A stretch of 64,000 bases of DNA from Gemmatimonadota bacterium. GTDB lineage: Bacteria > Gemmatimonadota > Gemmatimonadetes > Longimicrobiales > Gaopeijiaceae. The stretch's first letter is position 1, and every line of letters starts with the position of its first letter. The stretch spans positions 1-64,000 of the forward strand of contig JBDHHQ010000043.1 in NCBI GenBank assembly GCA_039589315.1, given 5' to 3'. This document shows, in pieces, positions 39,442 through 50,089 of this stretch. A model generated the notes under the pieces. The model had not been told where the DNA came from. It was given only the letters and a program-made list of their open reading frames with translations, and searched no databases. A program made the translations under genes and the position numbers.

Positions 39442-41025
39442 TCACGATTGCGCTGTCTCCCTCACCACGTCCAGGAAGTCCTGGCCGTACCGTTCGAGCT
39501 TGGCCGGGCCCACGCCCGGGACCGCAAGGAGCTCTGCCGGCGTCAGAGGACGCGCCTCTGCCATGGCCTGCAGCGTGCGGTCGTTGAAGACGATGTAGGC
39601 CGGGACATTCTGCGCGTCGGCCAGACGCTTCCGCACGCCGCGAAGGCGCTCGAACAGCTCCCTCGCCGAAGGGGGCAGCCCGGCGTCGTCCGCAGCGGAC
39701 CATGCCGCCCGGGGGCGTGACGAAGCTGGCGCGGCGCGCCCCCCACCTCCCAGCATCATACCCTCGGCGGCGAGCGCTTCCGTGGTCACGCCCGTGCATT
39801 CGTCACAGGACTCGCCACAGCCGTCGATCTCCTCCGCGAAGTGCGACAGGATCGCCCGGTGCCTGCACCCCCCGGCCTCGACCAGGCGAAAGAGCGATCG
39901 GCTCGCCTGGATCTTCTGCGTGCGCAGCTCCGGGTCTTCGACATCGTTCAGAAACCGGTCGTGGAGCTTCACGTCGGCCCAAGAATAGAAGAGGAAGCAA
40001 TCCGCGGGGAGGCCGTCCCTGCCGGCGCGGCCGATCTCCTGATACCACGACTCCACGTCCCGCGGCATGTCCCGGTGGATGACGAACCGCACGTTGGACT
40101 TGTCGATGCCCATGCCGAAGGCCACGGTTGCCACGATTACGTCCACGTCGTCCCGTGCGAAGGCATCCTGGTTGCGGACCCGCACGTCAGGGGAGAGGCC
40201 CGCGTGATAGGGGGCCACTCGCACCCCTTTCGAAGCCAGGAACGCCGTCGTCTGCTCTACGGTCCTCCGGGAGAGGCAGTAGACGATCCCCGACTCCCCC
40301 TCCCGGGCCCTGATCAGGCCGAGGATCTCGGCTCGCGTCTCGCCCGTACCCTTCTTCCGGCAGCGGACACGGAGGTTGGGCCTGAAGAAGGACCCTTTGT
40401 AGCCCCGAGGCCGCGCCATCCCCAGCTGTCCGATGATGTCCCGGGCCACGCGGTTGGTGGCGGTGGCGGTAAGGGCCAGGACGGGCACGTTCGGCAACTC
40501 CTCCTTGACACCGCGCAGGCGCCGGTAGGACGGCCGGAAATCGTGCCCCCACTGACTGATGCAGTGGGCCTCGTCCACCACCATCAGGGAGAGGGGCCAC
40601 TCGGCCACTTCGCGCCGGAGCCGTCCGTCCAACCCCTCCGGGGCCAGGTAGACGAGCTCGTAGTCACCGGCCCGGACGGCTGCCAGACGTCGGCTGCGCT
40701 CCTCGGGCTCGAGCGACGAGTTGATGGCGGCCGCGCGGAACCCCATGGCCATCAGAGCATCCACCTGGTCCTTCATCAGGCTGATCAGGGGCGACACTAC
40801 CAACACCGTGCCCCGGAGCAGCTTCGCGGGGATCTGGAACGTGAGGGACTTCCCGGCGCCCGTGGGCATGATGGCGATGCAGTCGTTGCCGGCCAGGACC
40901 GCCTCGATGACGGTCCGCTGCCCCGGGCGGAAGTCGGTGTATCCGAACACGCCGTGCAGAACCGCGTCCGCGTCCGAGAACGGACCTCGGCTCGACTGGA
41001 AGAGACTCGGCTGATGGGGCATCAA
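39442..41025 (-). CDS. recQ: RecQ-family DNA helicase with HRDC domain
   Basis: [52 protein letters not shown], Cys Zn site, HRDC (VPAYIVFND). Confidence 0.95.
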   Translation of the reverse strand: MMPHQPSLFQSSRGPFSDADAVLHGVFGYTDFRPGQRTVIEAVLAGNDCIAIMPTGAGKSLTFQIPAKLLRGTVLVVSPLISLMKDQVDALMAMGFRAAAINSSLEPEERSRRLAAVRAGDYELVYLAPEGLDGRLRREVAEWPLSLMVVDEAHCISQWGHDFRPSYRRLRGVKEELPNVPVLALTATATNRVARDIIGQLGMARPRGYKGSFFRPNLRVRCRKKGTGETRAEILGLIRAREGESGIVYCLSRRTVEQTTAFLASKGVRVAPYHAGLSPDVRVRNQDAFARDDVDVIVATVAFGMGIDKSNVRFVIHRDMPRDVESWYQEIGRAGRDGLPADCFLFYSWADVKLHDRFLNDVEDPELRTQKIQASRSLFRLVEAGGCRHRAILSHFAEEIDGCGESCDECTGVTTEALAAEGMMLGGGGRAAPASSRPRAAWSAADDAGLPPSARELFERLRGVRKRLADAQNVPAYIVFNDRTLQAMAEARPLTPAELLAVPGVGPAKLERYGQDFLDVVRETAQS

Positions 41026-41285
41026 AGGACGAAAGGGCCTCCCGCCGGGCGCGGAAATGGGACTCCAGGACCGTCGGTCGTGCTCAAAGGGTCACGTGTG
41101 TGCTCAGTGCGTGAGCTCCGATCCGGCGACGCTGCTGCGCGGGCTGGCGAAGCTCGTCCCGTTGGCGGCTCGGCCAATCTACCCAATCCCGTCCACTCGC
41201 GCCCACCACTCTCCCCGCCGTCACCACTCTCGCCGCTCTCACGGCTCGCGTTGCCCCTGACGAGCTCTGCAAGGCGAGCCCGGAC

Positions 41286-42614
41286 CTATCTTCCCTCCCC
41301 TGTCGTGGGCCTCACGAGCTCTTCCGCGGTCAGAGCACCTCTCGGATCGCTGCGGAACTCCCGAAAGAGGCGGTCTGCAATCGTCGTGAACGCTGGTACC
41401 CCTATGGTCAGGGCTCCCCACCCGATGACGCGGCCGCCGCTGAAGGACTCGTCATCCTTGGCCACCACGAGGATGTAGCCGGGCACGAGCGCCAGCGCCG
41501 CCGCAACGGCGGTGGGCAGCCATTTGCCCTGGGACAACTCCGTCCGACCCGCTCGGTTGGCAGCGAATGTGGCACCAGTGATCGGGAGTCCGAACATGGC
41601 CGTCGTGACCGCGGCGGTCGCAAGCTGATCGCAGGAGCTCTCCAGGAAGTAGTGGGAGTTGGCCAGGCCCTCCTCGAACTCGATGCAGGACTGACCGATC
41701 AGTGCCCCGGCTGCCAGCCCGGCGGCGTTCCCGACGAAGGAGCTCGCAAACACCTTGGCCCAGGGGTACGGCTCGTTTTCCAACGCCCAGTCGTAGGTCG
41801 GGCGGCCGCGGGAGGTGACGTTCTCGACCCCCATCGCGGACCGGCCCGAACGGGTCTCGATCAGGAGGACGCCGTAGCTGGAGTCGGTGCCGTACCGGGC
41901 GCCCGCTTCCGCCGAAGAGACCACCTCCATGCGCTCGATCTGCTCGATGGGGAAGGTGGTCCAAAGGGGCATCGGATCCGACACCCTGACGCCGTCGAGA
42001 AAGACTGTCGGGTGACGGCATCCCTCGGTGCCCTGGAGGGAGCGAGGGGCCCGAAACTCGACGCAGACGGCGGTCCCCGCCCTCGTCTGGGGGTTCCGCA
42101 CGTTGATGCCGGAGACATTGCGCGCCAACACCTGGTCGAGGCGCTGTCCGGTCCCGATCATCGGCTCGATCTCGTCCCGGGTGACCACATTGGACGAGGT
42201 CCCCCGGGCGCGGGCGGCGCGCTGCCGCGTGGATGCGCTCTCGACGATCACGCCCTCGACCCCGATGGCTTGGGTCGAGAGGTTGATCCGAAGGGTCAGG
42301 TCCTCACCGGGAGAGAGACGGATGGTGTCCCGCACCTCCCCGTAGGCGATGTGTTGGATCCGCAGCACGTGGCTGCCGGGAGGGAGGCGCTCCAGCGCGA
42401 AGAGTCCTACTTCGTTGCTGATCGTGCCGAAGCCCGTGCCTTCCGCGACGACCGCCGCGTCCGCGAGCCCACGGCCGGACTGCGCATCGAAGATCCGGCC
42501 CAACACGGAAGCGGGGATCTGTGCATCCAGGGGGTTTGCCGAGGCTGCCAGCATGCACGTGGCAACGGCAACGCGACGGAGCGTCCCACCCTTCGATTCC
42601 ACTTGGCTCCTCAC
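41286..42614 (-). CDS. Carboxypeptidase-regulatory-like domain + TonB-plug-like domain + C-terminal TM helices
   Basis: G.IFDAQSG, LPPGSH.LRI.HIAY, VFLDGV, IERMEV....AGARYG....GVLLIETR, then about 4 hydrophobic helices. Start uncertain (42554-42668). Confidence 0.7.
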   Translation of the reverse strand: MRSQVESKGGTLRRVAVATCMLAASANPLDAQIPASVLGRIFDAQSGRGLADAAVVAEGTGFGTISNEVGLFALERLPPGSHVLRIQHIAYGEVRDTIRLSPGEDLTLRINLSTQAIGVEGVIVESASTRQRAARARGTSSNVVTRDEIEPMIGTGQRLDQVLARNVSGINVRNPQTRAGTAVCVEFRAPRSLQGTEGCRHPTVFLDGVRVSDPMPLWTTFPIEQIERMEVVSSAEAGARYGTDSSYGVLLIETRSGRSAMGVENVTSRGRPTYDWALENEPYPWAKVFASSFVGNAAGLAAGALIGQSCIEFEEGLANSHYFLESSCDQLATAAVTTAMFGLPITGATFAANRAGRTELSQGKWLPTAVAAALALVPGYILVVAKDDESFSGGRVIGWGALTIGVPAFTTIADRLFREFRSDPRGALTAEELVRPTTGEGR

Positions 42615-42997
42615 GCGCCCATCCTTTGCCCACTGAATGCGCTGAACCGTCGCGGGCCCCCGGGTCACCCGGAGCCGAAACTGTGGACACCCCTTCGGAC
42701 GGGTGTCCGAGCTCCTCCCGAGCCTTGGCCGATCTTACCGCGCGCAGCTCAGGGATTCAACGCCGGCGGAGGCGCTCGCGTTCCGCTCGAACCGCTCCCG
42801 GTACAGCGGGCCGGTGGCCACGTCGGACCTACGAGATTCCTGGCGCGCGTCTTGCTGGCAGCCGAGGGTTGGGGCGTCCCTGCGCCGGGAGGCGACGGCC
42901 GCAACGCCGGGAAAAGCCCCCCGGATCCCGCAACGAAGGGCGGCCTACTTGTGCGCGGTCCGCTGTTGCATACCTACATCCATGGCGAGGGGAAACG

Positions 42998-44848
42998 GTG
43001 ACCGCATCCATCAGCTCCGTGTCCGACCCGACCGATAGCGCGCCGGCGGACCGGGACATCCCTTCCGGTAGCTCGACGTACGAACCGTTCCAGTTTCGCG
43101 CGTTCTGCCTCCACAGGGACCGGGGCGCGGCCGATGCGGCAGCACGTGTGTTCCGTGGGACCCTCGGGCGAGCGCCGCAGGTCACCCTCGAGTCCGCCAG
43201 CTGGACCGTGCAGGTGGAGACCGGCGGTGGGACCACCGTCGGTTGGGATGCGGATGGCCGGGTGGCGGTGGTCCTGCACGGCGAGATCCACGACGACTTC
43301 GGTGAGACGGCAGAGGCGCTGGCACGTCGGTTCCGGGTCCGGGGTCGCCGGCTCCTGCACGACCTGAACGGGTCCTTCGCGATCCTGGTGCTGGACCGGG
43401 AAGCCGACCGGGTGCTGGTAGCCACGGACCGGGTCAGCTCCCGGCGGGTCTTTCACAGCCTCGCCCGCGGCGGCCACTGGCTCACGTCCGACCTGGGAAG
43501 CCAGCCCACGGCAGGACGAGATCTGGACGTCACCGGAATCGCCTGGTACATGGTCGGCGCCGACTTCTACAACGGGCGCACGCCGTTCGAGGGGGTTCGT
43601 GTCCTCGAGCCGGGCTCATGCTTCACCCTGGTGGAGGGGGCCACGCAGAGGGACCCGTACTGGACCCACGTGGTGCGGGAGCCGGCGGCCCCCATGGACC
43701 TCGATCGGGCTGCCGACGAGCTCGGTGAGATCCTGGTCGAGGCCGTTCGCCGCAGGGCGACCGGGAACCTGCTCATGTCGCTCAGCGGTGGCCACGACTC
43801 CACCGCGATCGCGGTCATCCTGGCGGAGGTCCTGGGCATCACGGACGTCCAGACGTTTTCGTACACGTCACGGCGCGAGTACGGCAAGCCCCGGGACTTC
43901 CAGGACTGCGACGAGGAAGAAAAGGACGCGGCCGTCGCTGCTCGGACGGCACGAGCTCTGGGATTCCCGAATCGGATCGTCGAAACCTACGGCGGAGACC
44001 TGCTGGCTCACCTGCGCTTCAGCGCCCGGTGCACGGAGGGTATGGCCAGGGGCTGGTCGGCCGCCGACGTTTGGTCGCAGCTTCAGGGTCAGCTGGCCAC
44101 CGTCGACGCCCCCGTGCTGCTCGTCGGAGACGAGTATTTCGGCCGGGCCAACCCAGAGGTCCGGTCCGTACGGGCAGTCTGGCGCGAAGTCCACATCAAG
44201 GAGCTGGTGTTCCCGCCCCCGGTCGGAGGCATACTGCCCGGGGATCTCTCCGAGAGGATGCGGCAAGGTCTGGAGTCGGACCAGGCCGAGATCCTCGAGC
44301 GCCAGCGGCACGACGGTGATCTCGTTCGCCTCCATGACCACCTCACGCAGGACCTCCGCAACGTCTACGCCATCCTGCCCTGGCGGGAGAACTACGCGAG
44401 TCGTTTCGCTAGGGTGCGTAATCCCTGGATGGACTCGAACGTCCTGGACTTCGTTACGGTCTTGCCCCAGGAAGCGCGGCTGGGTAAGTCGCTCTTTCTC
44501 GAGGCCGTCCGTCGGCTGTCGCCCACATTCCGGGAGTTCGTACGGTCCGAGCGGGAAGCATATCATCCGAACTTCCGCCCGATGCTGCGGGCGGAGGCCC
44601 CGGCGCTGCGTGCGTGGATCCACACGTCCCGAAGCCGCTTGGACGAGGTGATCCCCACCGACTTCGGCGAACGGCTCCTCGACGTCATCGTCGATCCGGC
44701 CAAGGGCCGGTGGTCACCCCCTCGGGTGAGCTCCGCCCTTCGTCGGCGCGCCCGAGGGCTCCAAGGGCAGCGGACCGAGGCTCGCCCGTTGGACGTGGTG
44801 AGCCTCTTCCGCGGTTGGGCCGTCCTCCGGATGGCGCTGGAGTACTGA
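42998..44848 (+). CDS. Asparagine synthetase-related ATP-dependent ligase
   Basis: HGEI, LNGSFA, ATDR, YW, LSGGHDS (PP-loop), GDEYFG, RNPWMD; GTG 42998 follows GAGGGG. Confidence 0.78.
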   Translation: MTASISSVSDPTDSAPADRDIPSGSSTYEPFQFRAFCLHRDRGAADAAARVFRGTLGRAPQVTLESASWTVQVETGGGTTVGWDADGRVAVVLHGEIHDDFGETAEALARRFRVRGRRLLHDLNGSFAILVLDREADRVLVATDRVSSRRVFHSLARGGHWLTSDLGSQPTAGRDLDVTGIAWYMVGADFYNGRTPFEGVRVLEPGSCFTLVEGATQRDPYWTHVVREPAAPMDLDRAADELGEILVEAVRRRATGNLLMSLSGGHDSTAIAVILAEVLGITDVQTFSYTSRREYGKPRDFQDCDEEEKDAAVAARTARALGFPNRIVETYGGDLLAHLRFSARCTEGMARGWSAADVWSQLQGQLATVDAPVLLVGDEYFGRANPEVRSVRAVWREVHIKELVFPPPVGGILPGDLSERMRQGLESDQAEILERQRHDGDLVRLHDHLTQDLRNVYAILPWRENYASRFARVRNPWMDSNVLDFVTVLPQEARLGKSLFLEAVRRLSPTFREFVRSEREAYHPNFRPMLRAEAPALRAWIHTSRSRLDEVIPTDFGERLLDVIVDPAKGRWSPPRVSSALRRRARGLQGQRTEARPLDVVSLFRGWAVLRMALEY

Positions 44849-44850
44849 GG

Positions 44851-46683
44851 CTACTTCGTGATCGGTGCCAACTCCTCGCCCGGGTTCACGAACGTGTCCC
44901 GCTCCAGCCCGTACTGCTTCTCGTAGAGCCGGCGGTAGAGGCCGTCCCGGGTGATGAGCTCGTCGTGGGTCCCTGCCTCGACGACGCGACCGTCATCCAT
45001 GACCAGGATCCGGTCGGCGCTCCGAATCGTCGAGAGGCGGTGCGCGATCACGAAGGTCGTGCGGCCGTGGCGCAGAGAGCTGATGCCGTCCCGGATCAGC
45101 GCCTCGCTTTCGCTGTCCAGGCTGGACGTGGCCTCGTCCAGGATCAGGATGCGCGGGTCCGCCAGGATGGCGCGGGCGATGGCGACCCGCTGACGCTGCC
45201 CTCCCGACAGCTTCACGCCCCGCTCCCCGACGATCGTTTCGTACCCGTGCTCGAAGCGATCGATGAACTCGTCGCAATGTGCGATCCGTGCGGCCTCCCG
45301 CACCTGCTCCAGGGTGGCCCCCGGTCGGGAGAAGGCGATGTTCTCGCGCACGGTGCCATCGAAAAGGAAGTTGTCCTGCAGCACCACGCCCAGGAAGCGG
45401 CGGTAGTCGCGGAGTCGCACGCGCTTCAGATCATGGCCGTCGATGAGCACGCGGCCGGACAGGGGGTGATCGAACGCCATGACGAGGCCGATGAGCGTGC
45501 TCTTGCCGGCCCCGCTCGGGCCCACCAGTGCGGTGGTCGTGCCGGCCGGCGCGCGGAAAGACACGTTGCGGAGGACCTCCACCCCCGGCTCGTACTCGAA
45601 GGACACGGCCTCGAAGGTCACGTCGCCTTCAACGTTGCCCAGTGGCAGCCGTTCCCTTCCGTCCTGGTCTTCCTCCAACTCGGCCATGACCTCTCGGATC
45701 CGGTCCAGGCCGGCGAACGCCTCGCTGATCTGCGTGCCGATGTTGGCGATCTGGACCAGGGGGGAGACCATGAGGCCGACGAAGATCATGTAGAGGACCA
45801 GGTCGCCCAACGTCATCGTCCCTGCCAGGATGGCCCGGCCGCCCATCACCATGATCAGCACGCCCACGAAACCCACGATCACCGTTGACACCGCGCTGAT
45901 GGCGGACGTGCCCGTGATGGTCGTGGCCACGTTGCGGAGGAGCCGGAAGACACCGTGGGTGAACACCCGCTCCTCCCGGCGCTCCGCCACGTAGGTCTTG
46001 AGCACCCGGATGCCCCCCAGGCCCTCGCCCAGCCGACCCGTCACCTGGGCGTTGATCTCGCCTCGCTCCCGGAAAATCGGCCGGAGTTTCCTGAACGCGA
46101 ACGCCATGGCTCCGCCGAAGGCCACGAGCAGCACGAGGGTCACCGCAGTGAGGCGCCAGTTCAGCACGAACAGTACCGCCATCGCGATCGCAGCGGTGAG
46201 CAGGCCACCCACCAGTTGGATGATGCCGGTGCCCACCAGATTCCGGATCCCCGTTGCGTCCGTCATGATGCGAGAGATCAGGACGCCGACCTTGGTGGCG
46301 TCGAAGTAGGACACCGGCAGGCGCATCACGTGTGCCTGCACGCGCCGCCGCATGTCCGCGATGGCACGCTGGCCCGCGATACTGACCACCTGCGACAGGG
46401 CGAAGCCGGACGCGGCCTGCACGATGGTCGCCACCGTGGCGACAGCTGCGAGAGGGATCAGCAGGTCCGCGCGGTCCTCTCCGATCACGTTGTCGATGAG
46501 GAACTTGGAGGTCGACGGCAGGACGAGGCCGGAGAGACGGCTCACCACCATGATGGCCAAGCCCAGGCCCAACGTCCGCCGATGCTCCCAGAGCAATCCC
46601 CGGGACTCTCGCCAGACGTGTTTGAGGCTCAGTGGGGGCCGTTCGGGTGAAGCGGTGGCTGTAGGTGCGCCGCGGTGAGCCAA
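44851..46683 (-). CDS. ABC exporter, fused permease/ATP-binding (MsbA-like)
   Basis: Six-TM domain, GPSGAGKS, LSGGQRQR, ILDEATS, IAHR. Confidence 0.95.
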   Translation of the reverse strand: MAHRGAPTATASPERPPLSLKHVWRESRGLLWEHRRTLGLGLAIMVVSRLSGLVLPSTSKFLIDNVIGEDRADLLIPLAAVATVATIVQAASGFALSQVVSIAGQRAIADMRRRVQAHVMRLPVSYFDATKVGVLISRIMTDATGIRNLVGTGIIQLVGGLLTAAIAMAVLFVLNWRLTAVTLVLLVAFGGAMAFAFRKLRPIFRERGEINAQVTGRLGEGLGGIRVLKTYVAERREERVFTHGVFRLLRNVATTITGTSAISAVSTVIVGFVGVLIMVMGGRAILAGTMTLGDLVLYMIFVGLMVSPLVQIANIGTQISEAFAGLDRIREVMAELEEDQDGRERLPLGNVEGDVTFEAVSFEYEPGVEVLRNVSFRAPAGTTTALVGPSGAGKSTLIGLVMAFDHPLSGRVLIDGHDLKRVRLRDYRRFLGVVLQDNFLFDGTVRENIAFSRPGATLEQVREAARIAHCDEFIDRFEHGYETIVGERGVKLSGGQRQRVAIARAILADPRILILDEATSSLDSESEALIRDGISSLRHGRTTFVIAHRLSTIRSADRILVMDDGRVVEAGTHDELITRDGLYRRLYEKQYGLERDTFVNPGEELAPITK

Positions 46684-46864
46684 GGACGATCCTGCGTTTC
46701 TTGGACGGTGGGCCGGGGGTCCGATTTCAGGCCTGTACGGTCGCGGAGCGAGCGGAGCGGGTCAAGCGGCGCGGTGGAGGCGCCGGCCGGTGTTCTCCGG
46801 CGTGACGAGCGCGTAGACTGCGGGTTCGGGACTTCGCTCAACCCGCTCGGCCCCGGAGCCGCCC

Positions 46865-49800
46865 ATGCGTCCTCTCGCCGTCCGCCTTTTCGAACGCCTC
46901 GCCTCCGTCTTTCTCCCGGCAACGCTCCTCTGCGCGCTCCTGCCTCCGGGTCCCGTGGGGCCGTTGGCCCTCGGTCCCGCAGCGGCCGCTGCGCAAACGA
47001 CGCGTCCGTCCCATCTCGAGGCGCTGGAGTGGCGATCCGTGGGCCCCACACGCGGGGGGCGGGTGCTGGGAGTCGCCGGAGATCCGGCCAGCCCCATGAC
47101 CTTCTATCAGGGAACGGCCGGCGGCGGGGTGTGGAAGACGGAGGACGGTGGGCTCAATTGGTACAACGTTTCGGACGGGTACTTCGGCACGGGCTCGGTG
47201 GGAGCGGTCGCCGTAGCGCCGTCCAGCCCCGCCACGCTCTACGTGGGCATGGGCGAGGCTTGCATTCGCGGCAACGCCTCTCACGGCGACGGCGTGTATC
47301 GATCGGATGACGCCGGGGAGAGTTGGCGGCACCTGGGCCTCGCGGAGACGCTCCAGATCGCGCGGGTGCGGGTTCACCCGTCGAATCCGGACATCGTGTA
47401 CGTCGCCGCATTGGGCAACGCGTGGGGCGCCAGCGAGGACCGGGGCGTGTATCGGTCCGTCGACGGGGGCACCACATGGAAGAAGATACTCTACCGCGAC
47501 GAGAACACTGGGGCCATCGACCTGGTCCTGGACCCCGGTGACCCGGACGTGATGTACGCGTCGCTCCTCGAGCTACGACGCTTTCCGTGGGGCTTCCGGA
47601 GCGCGGGGCCGGGGACGGGCCTATTCAAATCCACCGACGGCGGCGACAGTTGGACCGAGCTAACGGACAACCCCGGTCTACCCGGGGGCCTCAAGGGCCG
47701 TATCGGCGTCGCGCTGGCCCCGTCGCGGCCGGAGCGGGTGTGGGCCATCGTGGACGCTGAGCTCGGCGAGAAGGGGCTGTTCCGCTCCGAGGACGGTGGC
47801 GCCTCGTGGACCCGCGTCAACGACGACGCCGACCTCACCCAGCGGCCGTGGTACTACCACCACGTCGTGGCGGACCCGGTCGACCCGAATACCGTCTACG
47901 TGCTCAACGCCCGAGCATGGAAATCCACGGACGGCGGCGAGACCTTCGAGCAGCTGCCCACGGCCCACCCCGACAACCACGACCTGTGGATCGACCCGGC
48001 GAATCCCCGTCGCATGGTCAACGGCAACGACGGGGGCGCCTCGGTCAGCTTCAACGGCGGCGAATCCTGGACCACGCTCCTCAATCAGCCCACCGCCCAA
48101 CTCTACCACGTGGCCGTCGACAGCCGCACCCCCTACCGGCTCTACGCCTCGCAGCAGGACAACACCACCATCAGCGTGCCCAGCCGATCCGACTACGGCA
48201 GCGTCACGATCGAGGACTGGTACACGGTGGGCGGCGGCGAGGACGGCTACATCGCCGTCAATACGGCGGACCCCGACATCGTCTACGCCGGAGACCACCA
48301 CTGGATCTACCGCTACGACCATCGCTCGAAGCAGGTGCGGGACATCTCGCCCAACCCCGAGACGCACTACGGGTGGGGCTCGGCCGACATCAACTTCCGG
48401 TTCTGGTGGACGTACCCGGTCGCCTCGTCGCCCCACGACCCCGACGTGCTGTACGTGACGTCCCAGCACGTGCACCGGAGTCGCGACGAGGGTCAGACCT
48501 GGGAGGTCATCAGCCCCGACCTCACCCGTGCGGATCCGTCCACGCTGGAGAACACCCCGTCCTACGAGCGGACCGAGACCGCAGAGTACTGGGGGCCCAT
48601 CACCCGGGAGGCGTATGGCCCGGAGTGGTATGCCACGATCTTCGCGTTCACCGAGTCGCCGGTGCAGCCCGGTCTCCTGTGGGCCGGATCCGATGACGGG
48701 TTCGTCCACGTATCCAGGGACGGTGGAGCTACGTGGACCGACGTGACCATACCGGACCTGCCCGAGTTCGCGATGATCAGCGTGATCGACGCGTCCCACC
48801 ACGACCCGGGCACGGCCTACCTGGCTGCCACCCGCTACAAGCTCTCGGACCACACGCCCTACTTGTTCAAGACCAACGACTACGGCGCGACCTGGGTCCG
48901 CATCACCGACGGCATCGGCGAGGGTCACTTCACCCGGGTGGTCCGCGAAGATCCGGTCCGTCCCGGGCTGCTCTACGCGGGCAGCGAAATGGGCGCATGG
49001 GTGTCGTTCGACGACGGCGGCCACTGGCAGCCGCTGGGAGCGGGGCTTCCTATCGTACCGGTGCACGACCTGGTGGTCCGGGATGGGGATCTGGCGGCGG
49101 CCACACATGGCAGGTCCTTCTGGATCCTGGACAACGTCGCGCTGCTGCGTCAGCTGACTCCGGAGGTCAGGGCCGCCGGAGTCCACCTGTTCCAGCCTCG
49201 TCCCGCGATCCGCTATAGCAGTGGCGCCTCCAGGGCCGGCCTGTTCGACGCGACGACCACCGGGCGGGGACACGAGGCGGGCCAGAATCCGCCGGACGGC
49301 GTAGTCGTGCACTACTACCTGGGCAGCGATCCGGAGGGAGAGGTGGTGCTGCGGTTCCTCGCGAACGGCGAGGTGATCCGGACCTTCTCGAGCGCGGGAG
49401 AGGCGGACGAGCCCCAGCGAGGCTTCTTCGGCCGGGGCGGCGGCGACCGGACGGTGAGCACGGGCGCCGGCGCTCATCGCTTCATCTGGGACATGCGGTA
49501 CCCCGCCGCCGAGGTCCTCGAGGACGCCGTGTTCCAGGGCCGTGCCGACGGACCCCGGGCCCCGCCGGGATCCTACGAGGTAGAGCTGGAGGTCGAGGGC
49601 CAGACGCACCGCCGAGCCTTCGAGATCACGAAGGACCCCCGGGTCGAATACACGCAGGCCGATCTGGAGGCCCAGTTCGCGTTCCTGTCGGCCGTCCGAG
49701 ACAAGCTGACGGAGACCATGCAGGTGGTGCGCCGTATCCGGGAGCTGCGATCCCACGGGACCGAAGCGGTGCGGCGAGCGGGGGGCGGTGAGGAGCTGGA

Positions 49801-50089
49801 GGGTGCCCTGAGAGACCTGAACGACCTCCTCTATCCTCTCGAGGAGCGCCTGGTGCAGTACCGGGCACGAGCCGGCCAGGACCTCATCGCCCAGCCCACG
49901 GGCATCGACAGCAAGTTGGCGCGGTTGATGAGCTTCGCCTCGATGGCCGACGGGCCGCCCACCCAGGGGCAGCGAGAGCTCTTCCAGCGACTGTCCGACG
50001 GCGTTGCCGAGCGCGCAGAGGCCCTGGGCCGAATCGAGACGAACGAGTTCGCCGAGCTCATGCGGAAGACGGGAGTCGTGTTCCAATGA
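46865..50089 (+). CDS. Large secreted VPS10/BNR-repeat beta-propeller protein (putative glycosyl hydrolase)
   Basis: Signal peptide, WRSVGP.RGGR, repeated S/T-x-D-G-G-x-T/S-W Asp boxes, ATHGRS.W, C-terminal helical tail. Confidence 0.9.
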   Translation: MRPLAVRLFERLASVFLPATLLCALLPPGPVGPLALGPAAAAAQTTRPSHLEALEWRSVGPTRGGRVLGVAGDPASPMTFYQGTAGGGVWKTEDGGLNWYNVSDGYFGTGSVGAVAVAPSSPATLYVGMGEACIRGNASHGDGVYRSDDAGESWRHLGLAETLQIARVRVHPSNPDIVYVAALGNAWGASEDRGVYRSVDGGTTWKKILYRDENTGAIDLVLDPGDPDVMYASLLELRRFPWGFRSAGPGTGLFKSTDGGDSWTELTDNPGLPGGLKGRIGVALAPSRPERVWAIVDAELGEKGLFRSEDGGASWTRVNDDADLTQRPWYYHHVVADPVDPNTVYVLNARAWKSTDGGETFEQLPTAHPDNHDLWIDPANPRRMVNGNDGGASVSFNGGESWTTLLNQPTAQLYHVAVDSRTPYRLYASQQDNTTISVPSRSDYGSVTIEDWYTVGGGEDGYIAVNTADPDIVYAGDHHWIYRYDHRSKQVRDISPNPETHYGWGSADINFRFWWTYPVASSPHDPDVLYVTSQHVHRSRDEGQTWEVISPDLTRADPSTLENTPSYERTETAEYWGPITREAYGPEWYATIFAFTESPVQPGLLWAGSDDGFVHVSRDGGATWTDVTIPDLPEFAMISVIDASHHDPGTAYLAATRYKLSDHTPYLFKTNDYGATWVRITDGIGEGHFTRVVREDPVRPGLLYAGSEMGAWVSFDDGGHWQPLGAGLPIVPVHDLVVRDGDLAAATHGRSFWILDNVALLRQLTPEVRAAGVHLFQPRPAIRYSSGASRAGLFDATTTGRGHEAGQNPPDGVVVHYYLGSDPEGEVVLRFLANGEVIRTFSSAGEADEPQRGFFGRGGGDRTVSTGAGAHRFIWDMRYPAAEVLEDAVFQGRADGPRAPPGSYEVELEVEGQTHRRAFEITKDPRVEYTQADLEAQFAFLSAVRDKLTETMQVVRRIRELRSHGTEAVRRAGGGEELEGALRDLNDLLYPLEERLVQYRARAGQDLIAQPTGIDSKLARLMSFASMADGPPTQGQRELFQRLSDGVAERAEALGRIETNEFAELMRKTGVVFQ

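Noticed and set aside
41190..41245. CCACTC(TC) short repeats and C-rich tract
   Set aside because: Short and irregular; this is low-complexity intergenic DNA rather than an array.
42600..46683. Lasso peptide cluster (cyclase plus ABC exporter)
   Set aside because: No precursor, RRE or transglutaminase-like peptidase is visible. The exporter is convergent and looks like a generic MsbA-type protein.
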